From the NCBI RefSeq assembly GCF_964204645.1, contig NC_134028.1:17243653-17307652 (forward strand): DNA of 64,000 nucleotides, read 5' to 3'. Both the position numbers and the translations under genes were made by a program. Within the stretch, counting starts at the first letter, position 1. Every line of letters starts with the position of its first letter. Below, one piece after another: positions 48,717-61,263 of this stretch. The stretch comes from Tubulanus polymorphus. Its lineage: Eukaryota > Animalia > Nemertea. The notes below the pieces were generated by a model. That model ran no database searches. It saw only the letters and a list, made by a program, of their open reading frames with translations, and had not been told where the DNA came from.

Positions 48717-51700
48717 AGTACAGGGTGAACAAATTTATATACAAATACTTATTGTTAGACATAGTAATGATCCAGGAATAGAGGGCATGTCAAGAAAGGC
48801 CTAGACATTCTCCAGGCTTCTGGGAGGAAACGTTGCTTGAGGGGCATCTTGAGATCTGGATTACTCGAGGCTTACAGGAGGAAGGAAGGATTGCTTGAAT
48901 ATTAATTAAAAAGGTTAATTTGAATTGACATTTAAAGAGCGTATCAAAATTTAGGAGGGGTATACCAGCCCCGCAAACCAGTCACTCTCAGTACTGATGG
49001 AACAAATTGCAAAAATATTTACTGTTATAGATCGAGGAATTGAGGGGCATGTCGTGACATTGCTTGAGGAGATTTAATTGGAAAGGTCAATCGGGATTTT
49101 TAAGGCTGACATCTTAGAAGCCGAGAAGAATTTTTCAACCCATCGAAGATGGCTATTTTCGCTAATCAATAATATGTGTACACTAAATTACACGTGGGGG
49201 TATTGATTCTGATATTAGGTATGTTTTTATCACCAATTTGGGGAAATTATTCCTCATCCAGTAATCCTGCTCCTCAGTTCCATCAGACAAAACCTGTCAT
49301 GAAGGGAATAAATCAGGTACACTAATAGCAATAAAAAGTTGATTACCATCAGCATAAAGATGACAATGAATGTCATGCTGTTGACTAATGTTAACTAAAG
49401 GTTAACTCCAAAAAGCAAAGGACCAAAATGGAATCCTGTGGGATGGAAATTTGACTCCCAATTGAGATTGACAGCTGCATTAATGCTGTGTATGACTTTC
49501 GACAACTATGCAGCCATGTTACAAATATATTTCAATGATATATTAGAGCTTCAGTCGATTTTATTTTTATGAATAGGAAATGAGCAAGCATTCTAAGCCT
49601 GTTAGTGCAGGTTTTGACAGGCAGCTGTCGACTCTTCCAGTGTTTTTTGCACTTCATTGAATTTGTTCTGATCGAAATATTGTTGATAGCTTCCAACCTC
49701 GCAGACTGTTTGCTGCTTGCAGCATGTTTCGCTAGTGTCCTTAACCACGTATTGTCCAACCTGGTGACAACGTGTTTGGAATAAACCATGGTAAAATTCT
49801 GCGTTCTCACATGGATTTGCGTACCCGTGCTGTGACACGTCGGGAGAACAACTGAAATTTTAAAAGAAACAGATCGTACCATATGATTAGTTAAAGTTGC
49901 TGACTTAAATGGACAACTTATCCAAATGACAAGGAAAATAAATATATGTATGTAGTTAAAAATAGCAAAACAGCGATAACAGGTTTTCTACATTGCTGAT
50001 TCTGGTTGTATGAGAAAATAAATCGTATTGAATTGAAATTTCTGTGTAGCCTGTAAAATATGTAGCCCACCCTATAATTCTGCCAGTCGTTCATTACATT
50101 ATTTTACCGTCTACCCGTGTGTCCTTTGAGTAGTGCACAGGCTGAACCATTGGATGGAATTTGTTGACATATTTATACGGGACGTCGCCATGTACAGAAG
50201 AATCATTGATTCAAGATAAATGACTTGCAGCCATCAGCTTACAAGTAGAGGATGTAAGACTTCCGTTTTTGGCGGTTTTCCATTTTTTTTTTCATTTTTA
50301 AGGTAAAATAAAAATGCTGTGAAATTGGATTTGAGAACACTTAGAATTTGAAAAATTTCCAAATTTTTTCGGAATCAACTATTATCCTTTTTTTCCTTTG
50401 GCCTCTTACATCTCTGCACAAGATAAATCAATGGATATAAAATAATATATGATGTCTATCAAAATAATTGACATGCTGAATAAAATAAAATTTGAGATGC
50501 CAATCAAAAGTTTACTTCCTATCAAAATAATTGACCTGCCAATCAACCTGGTTGAGATGCCAATCAGAATAAATAAGGGTTCTGCTGCTTTGCAGAAGCC
50601 GTCTTGTAATTCTCATGAGTATTACCTTTTCCACTTTCGAGACAAATGTCATAAAACGTATCTCCTCTCAGATTCGAATACTAACAGCTTATAAACGTTA
50701 GTTTCAATTCTGACAGAAATATAACTCAGCCTCTGACCATTTAGAATTTGCGTATAGTAATTATTATGTAATTACCGGGTCTAAACAGCGACAAGAATAC
50801 ATCACAAAATGCCTACAACTTACCGAACGACCTCGAGCGTCAAACTCAACACCGTAAACACGGATTCAGACTTACAATGAGTGCGGATCCGTCATTTACC
50901 GCGAACAATATACAGCCGGTGCGCAACAAGTCTCTTATTAAATTTATCGCAAATTCATGGCGAGTTTAAGGACTTTAACGAACTATGATCTCTAAAATGA
51001 GTCAATTGATTAATTCTATTCGTAAATCAATTTACGTTGGTTTTTTCCTGAAGATTTCTGGCTCAAATGAACGTAATGTGGACAGAAATGGTAGGGATTT
51101 TCATATGGAATTTTACTTCTGCGTTCACTTGACGACTCGGATCGATGACAGCGACAGCAGAGTTCATGTAATTTTAAGGTGAGAATCCATTAACCAGGGA
51201 ATGTTAGACATGATTTCTTGGTCTAACTGCAGTTAAGGTCACCTTTCCACTGGTGCTATGATATGAGTACATATGGTAGCAAATGAGTACTCGGCAAAAC
51301 AATGATCATCGCTGGCTTCCTACTTAATGCCTAGCTTTTTTGGGGGATACGCCTATAATAGATTTAGACCGTTAATGTAGTGTGTAGAGTCAGTGGAAAG
51401 CCTAAGTTGTTAGTAAGGGGTAAGTTAGTAATATTCTATATAATAATGTAGAATATTTTTCAACACATTCAGATAAAAAAGTATCAATTATAGAAAGATT
51501 ATTATCATTTGTATCAAATCCGGATGAGAAAGAATATGAAATTGAAAAAGTATTAAAATCACAAACATTAGAAGAAAAAGGTATTCTTTAGTGAAATAAA
51601 AAATAAAAAATCATAAATGTCATAATTTACTAATACAATTAGATACAGAATTAAAAAATTTTGTTGATTTGAAATAAGTAAATATAAGTTCATGTAATTC

Positions 51701-51939
51701 TTTTTATAATATTTCGAATACAACTCTTGAACGTTTAAAGTTTTCAATTTTTGATAGAAAAATCGATGAATGGTTCCTTCTATTGTTAGAACCAGGATTA
51801 TATAATTTAGAGACAATAGCGCAAAAATTAATGAATAAGCCCAGCTCAAATTAGGGCGTGATGCCAGATTTGGAATTAGATTTTTTAAAAGTGATAGTTC
51901 TAATGAAATTAAGATTAGATCTTGGGTAGAGAGTCTAGA

Positions 51940-52583
51940 TAATTAAAAATCCATAGCAGCAAAAACAGTACAAATCTCATTTCTAATGAGTAACATATAT
52001 TTATTATAGCGAACGTTTTCGGGAGTTACATTATCCCCTCTTCAGGCATAGCGCAAGTGATTGAATTTACATATCATACTGGTATTTATATAGAATAAGA
52101 CGAAGCTAATAACAAACAATTTCAAATTACTGAGTGACAAGATAATCATAATATAAAGATAACTAATTACACACAATCTAAATTACTGAGTGAAGATATT
52201 TGACTATTGTGGTTAATTATCTAAAAACATTGAGACTGAATCCTGAATCGTGTTCGAATAGTTGTTGATTAAGGGAGGGCTGTTGAGTTTTGATAAAAAG
52301 TGCTTCTCTAATTTTACAATCTAAATCGGAGGAACCTTTATCTAAAATTTTGAAATTCTTTTCGCTAAACGAGACCTGACAGTCACGGAAGTTTGATAGA
52401 TGTTGACCAATTGCTGAAGTCTTAAGTTTGTGCTCCTTAACTCTTGTTACTAGGTGTCTATTGGTTTTACCTATATAGGCAGTGTTTATATCACATAAAC
52501 AAGTGTATTTTAGACAACCATAGCTTTCAAGGATTTAGGAGTCGGATATTTAAGTGAAAAGAAATTCTTAATCTTAGTGGTTA
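51940..52583 (-). mobile_element. Penelope-like 3' fragment (GIY-YIG)
   Basis: YTCLCDINTAYIGKTNRHLVTRVKEH...SAIGQHL. Confidence 0.8.
52005..52055 (-). ncRNA. Minimal hammerhead ribozyme
   Basis: tatgc-CTGAAGA-G-GGGA(taatgtaac)TCCC-GAAA-ACGT-TC-gctata. Confidence 0.75.
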
Positions 52584-53236
52584 AAACAAAACAAAACAAT
52601 GATCATCGCTGGCTTCCTACTTAATGCCTAGCTTTTTTGGGGGATACGCCTATAATAGATTTAGACCGTTAATGTAGTGTGTAGAGTCAGTGGAAAGCCT
52701 AAGTTGTTAGTAAGGGGTAAGTTAGTAATATTCTATATAATAATGTAGAATATTTTTCAACACATTCAGATAAAAAAGTATCAATTATAGAAAGATTATT
52801 ATCATTTGTATCAAATCCGGATGAGAAAGAATATGAAATTGAAAAAGTATTAAAATCACAAACATTAGAAGAAAAAGGTATTCTTTAGTGAAATAAAAAA
52901 TAAAAAATCATAAATGTCATAATTTACTAATACAATTAGATACAGAATTAAAAAATTTTGTTGATTTGAAATAAGTAAATATAAGTTCATGTAATTCTTT
53001 TTATAATATTTCGAATACAACTCTTGAACGTTTAAAGTTTTCAATTTTTGATAGAAAAATCGATGAATGGTTCCTTCTATTGTTAGAACCAGGATTATAT
53101 AATTTAGAGACAATAGCGCAAAAATTAATGAATAAGCCCAGCTCAAATTAGGGCGTGATGCCAGATTTGGAATTAGATTTTTTAAAAGTGATAGTTCTAA
53201 TGAAATTAAGATTAGATCTTGGGTAGAGAGTCTAGA

Positions 53237-53978
53237 TAATTAAAAATCCATAGCAGCAAAAACAGTACAAATCTCATTTCTAATGAGTAACATATATTTA
53301 TTATAGCGAACGTTTTCGGGAGTTACATTATCCCCTCTTCAGGCATAGCGCAAGTGATTGAATTTACATATCATACTGGTATTTATATAGAATAAGACGA
53401 AGCTAATAACAAACAATTTCAAATTACTGAGTGACAAGATAATCATAATATAAAGATAACTAATTACACACAATCTAAATTACTGAGTGAAGATATTTGA
53501 CTATAGTGGTTAATTATCTAAAAACATTGAGACTGAATCCTGAATCGTGTTCGAATAGTTGTTGATTAAGGGAGGGCTGTTGAGTTTTGATAAAAAGTGC
53601 TTCTCTAATTTTACAATCTAAATCGGAGGAACCTTTATCTAAAATTTTGAAATTCTTTTCGCTAAACGAGACCTGACAGTCACGGAAGTTTGATAGATGT
53701 TGACCAATTGCTGAAGTCTTAAGTTTGTGCTCCTTAACTCTTGTTACTAGGTGTCTATTGGTTTTACCTATATAGGCAGTGTTTATATCACATAAACAAG
53801 TGTATTTTAGACAACCATAGCTTTCAAGGATTTAGGAGTCGGATATTTAAGTGAAAAGAAATTCTTAATCTTAGTGGTTACGAATGAGCATTGAAGGTCC
53901 ATTTCAAAATTCGATTTAAACAGTTTCTTTAATTTTTGAGCATATAGAATAGACGGGAAACCCACAAACGGTATGGAA
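53237..53978 (-). mobile_element. Penelope-like 3' fragment, second and longer copy
   Basis: Same GIY-YIG motif, extends further 5' (ISIPFVGFPS..YAQKLK). Confidence 0.8.
53302..53352 (-). ncRNA. Minimal hammerhead ribozyme (duplicate)
   Basis: Identical to 52005-52055. Confidence 0.75.
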
Positions 53979-55604
53979 ATGAATTATATGAAAATGAAAC
54001 TAATAATATTATACATGTAAATGTTGAAATAATTATAACTAAATCATCTAAATATTTTGAAGATGGTAATTTTAGTGGATAATAAATGGATTATATAATG
54101 GAGCATTATTATCAGTTGGAACTGTTGGGTATACAATGATATTGAAGAAAGTATGTAAAATGGGAAATATTAATGTTGATAGATTTGACATAAATAATAG
54201 TTTAAAATTAACATTAGCAATTACTTTACCTAATTCAACAATTGATTATTTAGAAAAACAAAATTAAATTCCTCCAATAATGCGTAATTTTTCTATTGAA
54301 TAAATGGCATCTGCAGTTATAACTATTATAGGGTCGGCAATTGTTAACGCATTAAGTAAAAAGTCAAAATTATATTGATTATATGAATAAAGAATTATAT
54401 GATCAATATATTTCACATGGAGATTTTAAATCAGTTGATGAAGCAATGAATCTATATAATTCAGTAACAAATTCTGAGAAATTACATCTATATAAACCTA
54501 AATTATCAGATTATCATACACCAAGTAAAGAACAACAAAAGTATGAAATAATTTGGATTTTAGGTGATTCAGTTGTTGTATTATTTGTAGCATATAAAGT
54601 ATCTAGTTATTAATTGTTTCACAATATAAATGGAAGATAAAATGGTTGGTATTGATATTAATGCGCATGATATAAATAAATCTAAATTAAAATCATATCT
54701 AGAAAATCAAATATTAGAATTGAAAATGATTTCAAAGCTAAAAAGAGAAAATATTTAAGAAGTAAAATTATATATTATTTCATTATTAGTGGATTAGTAC
54801 ATTAACACCTTTAGCTATATCAATTGGCGTTTTAGGTTTAGGTTCGAGTGTTTTAACTGGAATAAGTTCAAAATTGAATATAAAAAGTAATAAAGAACAA
54901 ATTAAATCTGATATAAAAGAAATCAATAGATCAAATAATACATTATATTATATAATTAGTTAAAATGGAATGTAAAAATTGAAGAACCAGAAAAATTATA
55001 AAAAGAATTAATTGATTATTAATTTTTTTATTTAATAAATGGTAGATAATTTTCCAAAAGGTTTTCAATATAATAGATTAATTAAATATAACATTCCAGC
55101 AACAAATTTTGGTAAAAATACTACATATAGAATTTTAGTTTTGCATTCATTAATTGATTTAGAAATTTATGTTACTGAAACAAATTGTTTTATTTCTAAA
55201 ATGGAAAATATATTCAATACGTATGAAATTACTTTTACACGAGATGAATATAATATATGGAAAATGAAATCTTATATGAAATAATGGCAGAATCAAAAAT
55301 ATTTTGCTGTTTATTGTTCAACAACAGGTTGTGGTATAAATTGGAATAATCATTTGAATAATTTAGATAAAAATCTAAAATATTCTGATTTTAAATTAAT
55401 TCATACCATATCTAGATTTTATATATATTTTTTCAAATTAGAATTATATTGAATGAATTAGAATCTCCTTTGCTGGGATCAAAATATTTTAATGAAATAA
55501 ATAACAATATTGATTTATCTAAGTTTTATAAAACATGTAATGAATTTAATATAAATATAAATCATTTTGATTTTAGAGCACATGGTCAATTACATGGTGT
55601 TGGC

Positions 55605-56888
55605 GAACAGTTCTCCAGAAGAACCATAAGGGGGTCTTCGGCTTGTCACTGTTGAGGAACCCTAATGGTTCTTCAAAGAGCTGAAGTCAGACGTGTCTCT
55701 TATTTGAACCTTGAAAAAACTTAAATATAAACGACTAGAGTTTTGACATGGGTATACATTGACAGCCATTTTAAATAGCCTTTATAATGATATGAAGTGA
55801 GTCACATATCGTCTCTTTCAACGTAATCCATAAACAAAGCGCATCCGAATATCTCCATGTAACACCTCTAGAATATCCACCAATTAAAAACTGATTTGAA
55901 AGTGTCAAAGAACCGCAATGCTCGAATGTCCAGAATGTCCAGAGTTTGCATCCACTCAGGAAAAGTTCTGTCTGGTTAAGGTATTAGTCCATGTGACTGT
56001 GCTGATCTTGTAGCACAGCCTAGATAGCTATACCAGTCATGTGTTCATAGTTGAAACCTAAAGCGAGAAAACAAAAATCTTAGAATAGAGCAAAATATCT
56101 CCAGAATTACCTTAAAAACTTGGTGTCTGTGAATAAAACAGTTTCAATTTCATGAACTTGGTGGAAATAATGTCTTAAAATATGAATTTCAGTTTCCTTT
56201 TTACCCTAGTAACGTGACAAAGAAAAACGTCATGTTGACCTAAATTCTCTCCTAAATAACCTACTCTCGCCATGTTGCAAAGAAAATTAATTATAAATTG
56301 TGCATTACAATGAATGTTTGTATGATCACTTTCTAGTTAAAACTTGCATATAGATATTGAATTCTGAATAGCGAGATGAATGGCGATTTAGTCGTGAAAT
56401 ATTCTGTAGTGGAAACAAAGGAAATGAAACGTGTGAAGGGGGGCATCACTTGTCTAATTGACTAACCTTTACCTGAAGTGGTGAATGAATGAATATCTGA
56501 AAATTGGCCCGAGTGGATTGCAGAAAAGTTGTATACAACTGTAGGCCTCATATTTTGATTTGAGGGTACAGGTACAATATTATCCAGTAAGAAGTTTGAA
56601 CTTACCAAATTATTTCCTTTTCCTTTAAGAATAAATCCGAGAGGTGACGTCGTTTGGTCTCTGTTTTACCGGCCAAGTTATTACGATTCGAAATCATGAG
56701 TATATTTTGTAAAATTTCCTATTCTTAAAATGTGCCGAAATAAATATTTATTCAGAAACGAGGGTTTCTATGATCCTATAAATGAATAGAAGTTTCGGGT
56801 TCTTTGAAGAATCTTTCGCCCCTTTATACCACGAAGAACCCTTTTAGGTGCTGAAGAACCCCAAATTTCCACGAAGAACTCTTTTGTG
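55605..56888. mobile_element. Non-autonomous DNA-transposon-like insertion with GAAGAACC/GGTTCTT subterminal repeats
   Basis: Motif clusters at 55615-55680 and 56795-56885; interrupts the Maverick remnant. Confidence 0.5.
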
Positions 56889-58075
56889 AAAATAATACTT
56901 TGTAAATTTCAATTCATAATCTTTTTCTGTTGGCATTATTATTTTAAAATCTTTATATAAAAATCTTTATTATCTTATAATTCTATGTTTCAGTAACCAT
57001 TTCCTGCCATAAATTTAGATAAACATTTTCTACATAAATATATTTTGATACGGTGATCACTTTCTGTTCTAAAGAATAAATCTATTTGTTTTAACAACAT
57101 ATAATGTTCATCTTTTTTATAATATAATAAATCCATTAAATTCTCATCGTCATAATTTCCTGTTAAATAGAAAGCTTCTAATGTATAATTAATTAATAAA
57201 TTATTAACTTTTTCTATTTTAGGAATCATTTTTATAGTTACTGGATATTGATCAATTTTATATAATGATTCATATTTCCGGTAATTTCCTGTTCTTAATG
57301 TATGCGTAATATCTTCCGTTGGGTGTAAACAACTAATAATCGATCATAGAGAACATGTATTACCTTCATTTTGCACATATATGCAACTACTTTTACACAT
57401 ACATACAATTGCTTTTGTTGTAAATGGTAATCTAATGGATATTCAACATCCGTCACAAAATCACTTATTTTTTCCACTATTTCAATATATTTGCTATAAT
57501 CTTCTATTGTTATACCTTTATAAAATCTAAATGTAATAGCAGCAGGACAAATTTTACTACGTATGTTTCTAAAATTTCAATTGTATCTTTATTTCTGATG
57601 AATCAATATAATTTCCCACATTGTCTTTCTAAGGTTTGTTTGAAATAGATTTCTTTATCATCAAAATATTCTGTATCTAAAATATTTTTACTTAAGTTTT
57701 GTTGGTGTTTTTGTGTTTCAAGATGTCTATTGTAATTCCTGTTTGATATAAATTCACTACAAACATCACATTCAATTTCATCTTTTTTTCATATTATTCA
57801 ATCGTTCTTTTCTTTTATTGGAATTTTCTCGAGTTTCAAAATCTATAACATTATCATATCATTTGCAGTGTTTCATGTCGTGATGTACCGGTATTTATTT
57901 TACTAATATGTATTTTTTACAATATGGACAATAATATTAATTTTTTTCATCAATTTTTTCTATTTTATCTTTCTGTCTCCCTTTTATATAGAAAACAATT
58001 ATGTGTGCGGATGAGTTCGGATGACTGCGGATGAGTCTGCCGCTCTTCCTTTGGTCTGAAACCCTGATAACTACT

Positions 58076-58706
58076 AACATCCTCGTCCTCCACAACTAAT
58101 TGTCAATAATCCGGGTTACTTTTAGCACCTTTTTATATGTAGATGTTACTATTCCGAGTTTCCATATTTCTGGAAAAACACCATTATCAATCATTTTATT
58201 TAACATGTTTGCTAGGATTCCTGAGATGCTAGGTGCTATTAGTTTCAGCATCCTATGTGTAATCTCGTCTGGCCCACACGCCTTGTTTTATGGGAGTTTG
58301 TTTAGAATGTTATATACTTCAACATGGTCAGTATGACCAATTTCAAGATTATCATCGCATCTATTTTGAAAGAAAGGCAAATTGAAAAATCCATGGTCTG
58401 TATGAAACTTTTTACTAACACAGCGCATAATTAGATTAGCTTTATCATAACCGCTTGTACATAGATAATTGTTTTCTGGATCAATCAGAGATGCGATGTT
58501 GTTAGAGAACTTATTTCCTAAAAGCTTCTTAATAATACGCCAATAGTTTTTACAGCTAGAGTCGGAATTATCTAGGTTGTCTAGTAATTTCCATTCATAG
58601 TTTGAAATAGCAGTGGATATAGCAACATTCGCCTGCCTTGACTTTGCTTTATATAAAAAATAGAGATCATTAGACCAAGTACTTTTAAACCTTTTATATG
58701 GACGGT
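58076..58706 (-). pseudogene. CR1/L2-type LINE ORF2 fragment (pre-RT region)
   Basis: YWRIIKKLL...KANL...EVYNILNKLP*NKACGPDEITHRMLK...GVFPEIWKLG. Confidence 0.8.
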
Positions 58707-59142
58707 AGTAATAGGGATAATAGGCTTTCAAGCCAAAGGTCGAACGGTCGAGGGTTAGATATTCGAGTGTGAGAATTATTTTTCATTTTTTATGAGTTTC
58801 ACTCCTAATTCAAGTAGAAATTGTTATTATTTTCATGTTTCTCATTTTTTAATGAACTCGACCATTCAACCTTTAACCTGAAAGCCCATTACCCATATTA
58901 CTCTTAAAATAATCATATACATGAATAACATTTAAATTGACAGATTATTCAATATAAAAGTATATATTTACAACATTATTTCAATATTCATATTTGTGTG
59001 AGTTAGATTTTTAAACATTAAAAGTGTTAGTAAAGTGTGATTGAAATAATGCATAGCTGTTTAAACTAGAACATGATTCTATTTGAGCCTATAAATCATT
59101 GAACTTCTAAAATCCATTTTAATAAAAAAATTTAGTATTAAA

Positions 59143-59430
59143 ATGGAAGCAAATAAGTACTACTGTCCAACATGTAATATCAATATAGATAAATCCCAAA
59201 AAGCAAGACACAATAAAACTAAAACACATTTAGAGAATAAATTGAAACTAGAATATAAAGATGATATATTAGAAATTAAATTAGATGAATTAAAGAATGA
59301 AAAAGAAACATACAAATGTGGTACATGTTATCAATCATTCAGTGATAAAAGATATTATAAAGAACATTTAAAATCTAAAAGTCATATTAGAAATAAGAAT
59401 AATGATATTTTAAGGAATGAAAAAGGATGA
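59143..59430 (+). pseudogene. polB N-terminal zinc-finger stub
   Basis: Nearly identical to 40630-40901 (minus strand), then breaks off. Confidence 0.85.
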
Positions 59431-59497
59431 CGTTAGTCGAAGAAAGGGAAGAGGATTCTAAAATGTTAATCAATTTTAATAAAAATATATATTATAA

Positions 59498-60292
59498 ATG
59501 GAGGAACAATCACAAGCTATAAATATAAACAATAATGGTGTAATAAATATATGCTATAAAAAGTGTGAATTGAATAAATCATTAACAGAATTTAATAAAC
59601 ATAAAAAAACTAAAGATGATAAAAGTTGTTATTGCAAAACTTGTAATAAACTATATAATAAACAATATCGAGCAAATAATCCAGAAAAATGTAAAGAAAA
59701 AGATAAACAATGGGGAGAAAATAATCCAGAAAAGTGGAAAGTTTATAATAAACAATGGAGAGAAAATCACCCAGAATATATGAGAGAATGGAGAGAAAAT
59801 CACCCAGAATATATGGAAGAATGGAGGGAAAATAATAGAGAGAATATTAACAATTATCAAAATGAAAAATATCAAACAGATCTAAATTTTAAAATGAAAA
59901 AATGTTTGATAAATAGATTAACACAATTATTCAGTAAAGACAGTCACTCATACACACTATCTAATTTACTAGATTGTTCGGATGAATTCTTCAAATCATG
60001 GATAATATTTCAATTCGATGATAAAATGAATATTAATAATTATGGTAATTATTTTCATATTGATCATGTGTTGCCTATTTCTAAATTTGACATGAATGAT
60101 GAATATGATAAAAAGTTAATTTGGAATTGGAAAAACCTGAGACCTCTTGAAAAGAAGGAAAATATGATTAAACATGACAAACTAGATTTACAGTTATATT
60201 TAGAACAGTTAACAAAAGTAAAGAAATTCATTGAATTATGGAACAATAATCCAAATAATGAACAATATATTGAATCTTTATTGAGTGGTTAA
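59498..60292 (+). CDS. HNH endonuclease with W/Y-RENHPE repeats (264 aa)
   Basis: CKTC, repeated QW.ENNPE/EWRENHPE, HIDHVLP...WKNLRPL..ENMIKHDK. Confidence 0.78.
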   Translation: MEEQSQAININNNGVINICYKKCELNKSLTEFNKHKKTKDDKSCYCKTCNKLYNKQYRANNPEKCKEKDKQWGENNPEKWKVYNKQWRENHPEYMREWRENHPEYMEEWRENNRENINNYQNEKYQTDLNFKMKKCLINRLTQLFSKDSHSYTLSNLLDCSDEFFKSWIIFQFDDKMNINNYGNYFHIDHVLPISKFDMNDEYDKKLIWNWKNLRPLEKKENMIKHDKLDLQLYLEQLTKVKKFIELWNNNPNNEQYIESLLSG

Positions 60293-60533
60293 AGATTAAT
60301 ATATCTCAAATAAAATATAATAAAAATTACATACCTTCAACTAGCCATTATTTCTATTTTAATTTTTAATATTTTCTTTTCAAAAAAGAATACTTTATAT
60401 CACAAATAAAAAGTACTAAAAAAACAATAACTAATACTAAAATTCTTTAACTAAGCTAGTTTTAATCTAAAGAGATACTGGTATCATTTTATAATACTTA
60501 TAATATTTTTCTTATTAAATTTCTCTAATATAA

Positions 60534-61136
60534 ATGTCAAAGAAATCTAATAAGAATAGTATTGATATTGAAAAAACATTAGATGATTTGGGCATAAGTG
60601 ATAATAAAGATACAGTTGTAACTAATTGTGCTCAAGTTAATTGTAATATAGATTATGAATACTATTTATATTGTAAGCATCATCTAGAACTATTGATTGC
60701 CGGTGGAAAAACTAAAGAGTTTTTAAATAGAATTATTACTTTTCAAGAATTAGATGCTATGAAACCATATAAAGTAATAAAATATTTTAAGATTTATGAA
60801 GAGGCAAGATTAGCCCGAATAAATGATTCTATTTCAGATGGTATTGTCAAATGTTATTCTAAGTTATGTAACCAGTTAATACCAATTGATGATGAAAATA
60901 AATTATATAGTGATTTGAAAAATGACTATTTAGTTATGACTGAATTACAAAAATGGGTTGGTTATGCTTCATTTCAATTAGGATCGGTTATGACATTAAT
61001 TTCTACTGGTGTCATAACATTTTCGAACATCAAGCCTATGGAATATAAATCAGGTAAGAACGAAACAGATGTACTACAACCAAACATCGAAACAGAAAAT
61101 GAATCAGAACAAAAATTAACTAAAATAAATGAGTGA
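60534..61136 (+). CDS. Homolog of the 29574-30176 protein
   Basis: Same length, highly similar. Confidence 0.8.
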   Translation: MSKKSNKNSIDIEKTLDDLGISDNKDTVVTNCAQVNCNIDYEYYLYCKHHLELLIAGGKTKEFLNRIITFQELDAMKPYKVIKYFKIYEEARLARINDSISDGIVKCYSKLCNQLIPIDDENKLYSDLKNDYLVMTELQKWVGYASFQLGSVMTLISTGVITFSNIKPMEYKSGKNETDVLQPNIETENESEQKLTKINE

Positions 61137-61263
61137 TGGAGTTAAGAAAAAGGCTAGATCCGAGAAACCAATAAGGGTAAAAAAATATTTTAAAGCGTAA
61201 GGTTTCAGCGAACTCTAACTCTTTTTGAATTTTAACCTACTTTAATAAAAATTTGATATAAAA

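Larger units (their letters stand above)
51295..53880. repeat. Near-perfect 1297-bp tandem duplication (51295-52583 / 52592-53880)
   Basis: Identical ORFs at 51568 and 52865; junction filler aaacaaaa. Confidence 0.92.
51430..58020. mobile_element. Heavily deleted Maverick relative: integrase, minor capsid and small-gene fragments on +, polB 5' fragment on -
   Basis: FSTHSDKK.SIIER and chromodomain DNA at 51455-51600; PGLYNLET at ~51790; homologs of the 33915-35450 genes at 53980-55600; polB homology at 56890-58000. Confidence 0.75.

Noticed and set aside
51568-53146. Duplicated 93-aa minus-strand ORF
   Set aside because: Antisense to decayed Maverick minor-capsid DNA; identity reflects the tandem duplication.
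58288-58731. 147-aa ORF as a single gene
   Set aside because: Its start lies in the Maverick TIR and the remainder is LINE ORF2.
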